Virus record (IMG/VR): IMGVR_UViG_3300030331_003482
Span: 1 to 64,000 of that record
Length of the DNA stretch: 64,000 nucleotides
Direction: 5' to 3' (one strand)
From: an uncultured virus (IMG/VR IMGVR_UViG_3300030331_003482)
Taxonomy: Duplodnaviria > Heunggongvirae > Uroviricota > Caudoviricetes
How positions within the stretch are numbered: the first letter of the stretch is position 1; every line of letters starts with the position of its first letter. The position numbers and the translations under genes were made by a program. Of this stretch, positions 56,121-64,000 are shown piece after piece. Under the pieces are notes generated by a model. That model had not been told where the DNA came from. It searched no databases and saw nothing but the letters and a program-made list of their open reading frames with translations.

Positions 56121-59100
56121 ATGGCACAAACTTTCTTATCCGATATTAAGCTTGGAGATAATATCTTCATACGCCTTGGCGATGCCACCAATGGTGATCT
56201 TCAAGTATATCACGATGGTAACCATAGTTATATTCAGGACGCCGGAACCGGCGAATTAAGACTTGCAGCAAATGTTTTTAGAGTATTAAACGCTAATGCT
56301 TCTGAAACAATGATCTACGCCGAGCAAGACGGCAAAGTACAATTAAGATTTAACGAGCAAACAAGGTTTGAAACAACAAACACAGGAGTTGATGTTACAG
56401 GTAACTTAGATGTTAGTGGTAGTGGAACTTTTGGAGGCATGGTAACTGTTAATGGTGGAGGTATTGATATTGACAATGATGATGATATAAGATTAAGATT
56501 TGATAATGCTAGTACTTTTAAAGCAGGACTACAAGTAGTAACTACTATTGGAGATATGATAGCAAACAGTGCAGTGAATGATTTTGCTATTCGCTCACAA
56601 ACAAACATGCTGTTTGCTACTGGTGGTAATACAGAACGTATGCGTATTGATTCTAGTGGTAAAATTGGTATAGGAAAAACGCCAAGCACGTGGGCTTTTG
56701 ACGTTGACACAGGCCTTATATATATCGCGTCGTTTGATGGGGCTAATAATACTGGTGTTGTTATTAATAGTAATAACGCAACAGCTGCTCAGATTATGGG
56801 TTATTCTAACTCAGCATCAACTTACAACGACTTAGATATTAGAGCTAACGCTACAGCAGGTAGCGGCGTTTATGTTGATGGTAGTGCGTCAACTGTTGGA
56901 ATCGGGACAACAACCCCTTTGCAAAAACTTACAGTTAATGGTGCTACATTTATAACAGGTGCATTAACTTCACCTGGTTCAGCAGGTTCTTATACCTATA
57001 ATGGCACAGCAGTTGATTATCATTCAGATGGAGCTAGATATTGGTCTTGGGGTAATGCTACAACTAGAGGTACTTTTAGTTTTATACAATTAGAAAACGA
57101 TGGTCAAAATCAACAAACGGCTTTAAGCATTAACAGCTCAGGCGCGGCAACTTTTGCAGGTAATGTAGGTATTAAAGAATCAAGTATTGATGCAAACTTA
57201 CATATAACAGATACTAATCCAAATATAAAATTTGAAAGATCGGGTCAAGGTAAATGGGCTTTTGGTATACCAAATAATCAAACATATTTAGCTTTTGATG
57301 AAACAAGTGATGATTTATCAACACCAACGATGGTTCTTACTAAAACCACAAAATTTGTAGGAATTGGAAATTCAGACCCATCACAACGCTTACATCTTGG
57401 CGACGGCACAGATGCACTTAGAGGTATAATGGCTATTGAGGGTGCGGGTGGACAACACTTAATATTTTCAGAGGCTTCAGATTATGGCAGTGGTGCAAAC
57501 GCTTTTGCTTTAAGACCTGCGGCAGGAACAAAATTTTTAATACAAGAAGATGGCGCATCTACAGTTGCTTTTTCAGTAAACACAAATGGTAATGTTGGTG
57601 TTGGTGTTGGCGCAGCATATAAAGAACTTGAAATAATTGGAGACTTACAATTAGATGCTGCAGATGCAAATATTTGGATTAAATCAGGTGCAGTTGGAAC
57701 AAATGGATTTATTAATTGGACATTCAACACGAATGATACTGTATTTAACAAAGTTGGTATTGATTATGATACAAGAGCCACTACAGGTTTTCATATTGAT
57801 GCTGGTTATCCTATAACTATTGATGGTACAACTTTTATAAATTTTGCTCTATCTGGTATTAATCAAGGGTCATGGAACTCAACTGGATTAGGTATTGGAA
57901 CAGGTTCAAGTATTGATGAGAGATTACACGTGCAAGGTAGCGTTAATAATGACGATGTTGCTATTAAAATAGAAAACACTTTTGACGATGATGGAGCTTC
58001 TAGCGCTCCTGCTTCTGCATTACTGTTTGCAGCAGCAAGTAACAACGGATATATAAGACTTACAGGTTCTCCTTCTGATAATGCTGCTCAACATAAATTT
58101 GAAATAGGTAGTACAGCTAGTGATAGTTTTATTACATTTAAGCCTTCAGGTGGCATAGCTTTAACATTAGATTCATCACAAAATGCTAAGTTTGAAGGAA
58201 GTATCACTATGAATAGTGGTGCTAATTTCTTCTCAGATAGTATATTTCAGTTTTTAAATACAGGTAGTGGAGCTCAATACGGTAAATTTAGAGGTATACA
58301 AGTATCTACATCATATTCTGGTACACCGCCTTCACAAGGTATATTATTTGGAACAGATACTAATTTATATAGAGATTCAGCAAATGTTTTAAAAACAGAT
58401 GATAGCCTAGTAGTAGATGGAGATCTTACAGTTAACGGCACAACAACTACAATAAACACTACAACTGTAGAGGTTGAAGATAACATATTACAACTTAATA
58501 CAACACAAGGTTCACCAGACACAGCAACAGCTGCTACATCTGGTATTTCTATTTATAGAGGTGATGGTGTTACGCAAGCTAGCTTTATATTTGATGATGC
58601 AGATGATACATGGGATTTAACAAATAATTTAAATGTTGCGGGTAATGTAACTGTAAACACTGTAACATCAGGAGATATAAATATTTCCAAAACAGATCCT
58701 ACAATTACTCTTTTTGATAATAGTGGCGCTAATACTGATCCACATGGTAGAATAGTATTTAAAGAAACTGCAAATTCAGAAAATTTTGATATAAATTATA
58801 ATGGCACAGATGATAGGTTAGAGTTTAGAGGAAGAATAGGTAATAATGATAATACAGATTTAGTATATATAAATAGAGATTTAAGTAACGCGTTGCAAGT
58901 TGTAGGTGTTTTAAATGTAGGAACTTTTACATCTACAGGCACTAGCAATTTAAATATAATATCAGAAGCTGAACATGATACAAAATTAGGATTTTTTGAA
59001 GATAACCTTAATCATGGTTTTAGTTTAAATTACGATGGTGGAGATAATGACTTTATAATAAAAAGACATGACAGCTCGGCAGGTGGAACGCCTGTTTTAA

Positions 59101-61332
59101 CTTTATTTAGAGAAAACAATCATGTTAAGTTTGAAGGTAATATTGCAATAGGTGGTCTTGATGTAGATAGCGCTAAAGCATTAAGAATAAAATCACAATC
59201 AACAAGTGCACAGTCTTCAGCAATAGAGGTTATACAAAATGGAACTGGTACTAATCCTATCATACGTATGGGCGAAAAATCTACCGATGGTGCTAGATTA
59301 CATATGTTTGATGGTGGTACAGAAAAAATTGCTTTTTACACAGATGGTACTAACAATCATATTTCTGCAGGAAACTTAGGAATTAATGATGTATCGCCAA
59401 GTAAAGGTAAATTGCAAATAGACCAAGAAAGTAATACGTTATCTTCAATTCAGTTAGTAAACACCGCACAAGCCTCTTCTAATTTTGCTAGTTATCCTAT
59501 ATCTATATTTTTTGGTGATGAACAAAAAGGTTCTTCTGCAAGACATCAAGCATCAATAAATGCCGTTCGTGAGGCATGGAACAATTCTCCAGCAGCATTG
59601 ACGTTTAAAACATCAGCAACAGTAAATGGAGCTACTGAAAAAATGCGTATCACATCAGCAGGGCTGGTTGGTATTGGAACTGAAAGCCCTGATGAATCAC
59701 TTCATATTAAAAATAACGATGGAGCTAATATCATATTAAATTCTGATACTAATACAAATGACAGTGGAATTTACATGTCTGAAGGAGCAGATGCTACTCC
59801 TACACAAAATGGTGCTTATGTTTATTATGATGCAAGTGCAAATGAGTTTAAAATTGCAACAGGTGGTAGTTCATTAACAGATAGGTTAACAATAGCAAGA
59901 GACACTGGTAACGCAACTTTTGCAGGAGCTGTCGGTATAAAAACAGCTGCTACTTATACAGCAAATACAGTTGCTGATGAGTTAGTTATAGGTGATGGCA
60001 CTGGTCATCACGGCATAACAATACACACAGGTACTACACATCAAGGTTCTATTTATTTCGCTGATGATTTAGACGCGGAAGCTGCTGGTGATAATCCAGT
60101 TGGTAACAGAGATGGTGTGTTTAGGTATGATCAAANNNNNNNNNNCATTAACAGATAGGTTAACAATAGCAAGAGACACTGGTAACGCAACTTTTGCAGG
60201 TGATATAACTTTAGATGATAACTCTGGAGCATCACCTTCTTTGTTCTTTAAAAATGAGGATAATAATTTTTGGAGAATATTTTGTGGTAGTAGTTTAGAT
60301 TTAACATTTAGAGTTGGTACTGTTACAAAATTTGATATTGATTCTTCTGGTAATGGAACTTTTGCAGGCGAAGGAACTTTTGGCGGAGGTATAGTAAATG
60401 TTAATGGAACAACAACTTCTGCTTTAGCGCTTAATGCATCAACCCACGATACTAATACTGCAAATGTAGCAACTCTTTCTTTTTCTTATGCTCACTCTGC
60501 AGGTGTTGGAGTTGGTCACATAAAATTAACTGAAGATGCTAATAACAGCTTTGGTGCTGATATGACTTTTGGTGTGCCTCACAATAATGGAAGTGGTGGT
60601 AGCACAACAAGAACAGCGTTAACTTTAGATGGTGGTACTTTAAACGCAGCTTTTGTAGGTAACGTTTCTGTTAATACTACATCAGCACCTGTTGGTAATT
60701 TGCAAGTTGTAGGTGATGCAGGTAGTGCAGGTAGAATATACATAAGTGATGTTGATGAAGGTACAACCACTGGAAAAAGCGCTCTTGCCATGAAGAGTGG
60801 TATTCATGCTTATTATTACAATAGAGATAGTGGTAATTTATATTTAGGAACAAATGATGACCCTAATAAATTAATAATAAATGATTCAGAAGCAATTTTT
60901 GCAGGCAAAATATCTGTGGCTGGAACATCAGAAGTAGGTAGTTCAAACGGTAAAGTTCTACATGGTTCTAAAAGTGTTAATATTGGAGAAAATACATTTA
61001 CTACGGTGTTAACAGTTTCTTTAGCAAACCACACAAGTTGTTATGTGAAAATATTTGGTACAGGAGATTGGAGTAGTCACTCAGCTGTAACGTACTTAGG
61101 AGAGTTCTTTTTACAAAATGGAGCTAATGGTTACAATGAGCCTGGTATGATTATAAGAGAGGTAGATAATACTAAAACAGATGCTATAGTAGCTAAAATA
61201 GTAGATCCAACAGGAAATACAAATCCTAAAAATTTTGAAATACAACTTAAAGCAGATGATACTGTAGCAGCGGTAGGACCTACAATTAAACTAACATATG
61301 AAGTAATGGGAGTTTTTGGCATAGTAAGTTAA
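56121..61332 (+). CDS. Long modular tail fibre (interrupted by N gap 60136-60145)
   Basis: Repeated ERMRI.S.G.VGIG and ATFAG junctions. ORFs 56121-60158 and 60088-61332 are separated only by the scaffold gap. Confidence 0.8.
59872..60200 (+). repeat. Exact 55-bp direct repeat (59872-59926 and 60146-60200) next to the N gap
   Basis: CATTAACAGATAGG...GCAACTTTTGCAGG is identical in both copies. Confidence 0.9.
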
Positions 61333-61355
61333 AATATAATATGTAATATAAAGAT

Positions 61356-64000
61356 ATGGCAGATAAAACAACAGCAGGATTAAGATTTAGAGAATTAAAC
61401 GCGACTTTTGCAGCGAATATTTTAGGAGGAGCTACTGACTTTAAAATTGGAGCAAATACTTCTGATGGTTCTGATAACGCGCAATTAAAAATAATGGGTG
61501 GTGGTGACGCCACGGATGTAAGAGGAGCTTCTATTCATTTAGCTGGTAATGAACATGGAAACGCAGGTTTATTGCAACTAAGGGCTGGTGATGGTACTAC
61601 TGGTGGAATTAGACTATACGAAGGTGGTTCTGAAAGAATGAGAATATCTGCTGGTAAAGTAATTATATCAAACACAGGAAGTACTGGCACGCCGTCTGGT
61701 TTACTACATATAAAAGGTACAGGTGACGCTATAAGAGTAGAATCAACAAACACAGGCGCTGGTGGTGCTCAAATAGATTTATTGCATTTTACAACTTCTC
61801 CAGCAGATGAAGATACTCATGGTATGATAAACATGGGTGGTTATTACACTGGAACAACATCTGTATATGGTTCTCAAATATTAAGTAAATGGACTGATGT
61901 ATCAGCAAGACACAGTAGATTAGAATTTAAAACTTTAGATACAACATTAAGCACAGTGCTAACTCTAGCGCATGATAAATCCGCAACTTTTGGAGGGGAT
62001 GTAAGAATACCACAAGGAGCTTTTATTGCAGCGCAATCTTCTCTTACAAATCCTGTGTTAAGATTAACAAACACAGATGTTAACAACTACGACTTTACTT
62101 TTCCAAATAATTCTACACTCCAATTAGGCTCAAATGTAAATTCTGATTTAATATTTAAACTACTAAACGCTGGCACGGGTAATTTTAATTTAGCCGTTAA
62201 CGGTGGTGTTACAGCTATTGGTGCTATGTCGTCTTTTGAAACAACATTAACTAATAATGATGACTGGCAAAATTCACCTATAAGTATATTAGAAAGAGAC
62301 AATGTAGGTTCTGGTCAAACGGCTGATAAATACTCTCCTAATCTAAACTTTCATTGGGGAGGTATAGTATCTAGATCACTTTGGATGGACGCTAATGGTC
62401 ATTTGCATTATGGTGAATATAGTACCACTGGAATACCAGATGATCAATCTGGTCATTTTCGTGCTAATGAAATTCACGCTAATATATTTAGAGACAAAGG
62501 TAGTACAGGTTTTTATTTAGATCCAGCTAGCACAGGTACATCTTTAAATATAGCTGGTGCAATAGAGTTAGACGATGCAAAACCTATTAAATGGGGTACA
62601 GAAAATATATTAAGTCATAATGGTACTCAAACTTATTTAGGTGATGCGACCTCAGCATCAGCATTAACATTAAGCGGTGGAAATGCAACTTTTGAGGGTG
62701 ATAATTCAACTAATGGCATAATAAGATCTGCTAAAAATATAGTTTCAAACTCTGTATACAACCTTATATCAATGCACAGTACAAGAGGTATTGATGACTA
62801 TGGTGGTTTAGGTAAAAACTATATGCAGTTAAACTTAGTAACACCTGGCGCGAGTACAACAGGTGGCAGTTCAGCTCATGGCTTTGGTAACTTCTCGTTA
62901 AATTTAGCTAATAGTGGCTCTAATTCTAATATGACTGAAGTTTTAAACATAACATCTGGTGGTGCTGCAACTTTTGTAGGTCCTATGACAATATCGGGAT
63001 CTTTTTCTAGCCCAGGAGATTTATTAACTCTTTATAATACTAATAACGGCGGAGGTTCTGGTATAAGATTTAGTGATCAAGGGGGTTCTAATCCTTCAGC
63101 ACAAAAAGGATTTTTTAAATTTCATCATGTTAATACCGCAAGTCATGGTGGTGGTGCAGCTTTTGATATGACAAGTACAGAAGATAATTTAGTATTAGCT
63201 GTAGGTAATGCAGACGCTACTCATGGAAGAATAGTTGTTTGGGGCGGTGCTAATAATCAACAACCAGATTATGGTTTTGCTCAAGATTTAGATACTGGTA
63301 TGTTAAGAACAGGTACTAATGCAATGAGGTTTGTTACTGGTGGCACCCCAGCTTTAGATTTTGATTCATCTCAACTCGCAACTTTTGGAGGAGACACAGT
63401 AGCACCAGGTGTATACGTTGGTTCAAGAAATGTTGCTTTTGACTTTTATAATAATGGCACAAGTTATTTTAATGGTGACGTAGAGGTAAATGCTAAGCTG
63501 CACATTTCTGATGAGCACCTTGTTCTTAGATCAAGTTCACCAGAATTTTATTTTGCTACAACAGGCAATAATCATTATAACTGGATGATTGCAGCTCAAG
63601 AAAATGTAGATGGTGGTTTAGAGTTCGGACACTCATCGGCTACAACTTCAACTTTAGACTTAGATGCTAGTAATTACGTAAGAACTCTAACACTTAACTC
63701 TGATAACTCTGCAGCTTTTGCAGGTACTATTAAACCTAGTAAAGGTATTGGATGGCCAACAACACAAGGTATGAACTCTGGTGGTGGAACTGCTTACAAA
63801 AGAATAGGTACTTGGAAAGCTGGTCAACAGGGTAGAAACTTATATCTATGTATAGTTGCTGGTAGTGGGTATAATGCATCATATGCACAACAAGGAGAAA
63901 TTCATATATTACTTAGAACTTCTAACGCTAGTAGTACAAAAACAGCTACACAAGGTAGTGCTGTGGAATTTGACGGCTACTATTATCAAACTGGAACAGT
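61356..64000 (+). CDS. Long modular tail fibre, 3'-truncated by window edge (absent from ORF track)
   Basis: ATG at 61356 (MADKTTAGLRFRELNATFAANILGG...); same ATFxG modules, and I saw no stop before the window end. Confidence 0.8.
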   Translation, partial: MADKTTAGLRFRELNATFAANILGGATDFKIGANTSDGSDNAQLKIMGGGDATDVRGASIHLAGNEHGNAGLLQLRAGDGTTGGIRLYEGGSERMRISAGKVIISNTGSTGTPSGLLHIKGTGDAIRVESTNTGAGGAQIDLLHFTTSPADEDTHGMINMGGYYTGTTSVYGSQILSKWTDVSARHSRLEFKTLDTTLSTVLTLAHDKSATFGGDVRIPQGAFIAAQSSLTNPVLRLTNTDVNNYDFTFPNNSTLQLGSNVNSDLIFKLLNAGTGNFNLAVNGGVTAIGAMSSFETTLTNNDDWQNSPISILERDNVGSGQTADKYSPNLNFHWGGIVSRSLWMDANGHLHYGEYSTTGIPDDQSGHFRANEIHANIFRDKGSTGFYLDPASTGTSLNIAGAIELDDAKPIKWGTENILSHNGTQTYLGDATSASALTLSGGNATFEGDNSTNGIIRSAKNIVSNSVYNLISMHSTRGIDDYGGLGKNYMQLNLVTPGASTTGGSSAHGFGNFSLNLANSGSNSNMTEVLNITSGGAATFVGPMTISGSFSSPGDLLTLYNTNNGGGSGIRFSDQGGSNPSAQKGFFKFHHVNTASHGGGAAFDMTSTEDNLVLAVGNADATHGRIVVWGGANNQQPDYGFAQDLDTGMLRTGTNAMRFVTGGTPALDFDSSQLATFGGDTVAPGVYVGSRNVAFDFYNNGTSYFNGDVEVNAKLHISDEHLVLRSSSPEFYFATTGNNHYNWMIAAQENVDGGLEFGHSSATTSTLDLDASNYVRTLTLNSDNSAAFAGTIKPSKGIGWPTTQGMNSGGGTAYKRIGTWKAGQQGRNLYLCIVAGSGYNASYAQQGEIHILLRTSNASSTKTATQGSAVEFDGYYYQTGT

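Noticed and set aside
56121..64000. Diversity-generating retroelement or invertase shufflon acting on the tail fibres
   Set aside because: No reverse transcriptase, no adenine-specific TR/VR pair and no site-specific recombinase seen in the window.
1..64000. Stop-codon reassignment as in some crAss-like phages
   Set aside because: All large genes are intact under the standard code, and no suppressor tRNA is seen.
1..64000. Prophage in a bacterial chromosome
   Set aside because: No integrase, att site or host housekeeping flank; groEL and nrdAB are embedded in phage operons.

Overview
The window is an AT-rich tailed-phage genome, probably nearly complete and circularly permuted: it starts in the C-terminus of a tail fibre gene and ends inside a tail fibre gene. 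It looks like a podovirus of Bacteroidota (Flavobacteria-type). Host evidence is A/T-rich starts without Shine-Dalgarno sites, a BACON-like domain and a Gln-type signal peptide. The + strand (1-33.35 kb and 50.36-64 kb) holds late genes: terminase, portal, scaffold, capsid, tail tube/stabilisation proteins, internal virion proteins including a 2696-aa multidomain giant, lysis genes, many small basic proteins, GroEL/GroES and modular tail fibres. The - strand (50.1 kb down to 33.38 kb) holds early and replication genes: small ORFs, a DksA/TraR-like zinc finger, ATP-dependent ligase, DenV-like glycosylase, an HTH protein, a sigma-70 factor, ERF annealase plus exonuclease, SSB-like protein, primase-helicase, a T4 gp42-like dCMP hydroxymethylase, MazG-like enzymes, endonuclease I and NrdAB. 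I saw no DNA or RNA polymerase. Most unusual signals: (i) a sigma-70 region-2-like segment inside the giant virion protein, together with six copies of a non-host early motif TTACA-N5-AATACGA-N9-GATAATA; (ii) three non-coding RNAs in the early region: an Ala-identity tRNA/tmRNA-TLD-like RNA, an adjacent GC-rich pseudoknotted RNA and a 44-nt tRNA minihelix mimic; (iii) a probable cytosine-modification pathway without a phage polymerase; (iv) a codon-supported overprinted ORF inside terL; (v) a duplicated 45-bp palindromic operator/origin-like element. All family assignments come from motif recognition by eye; no searches were run.
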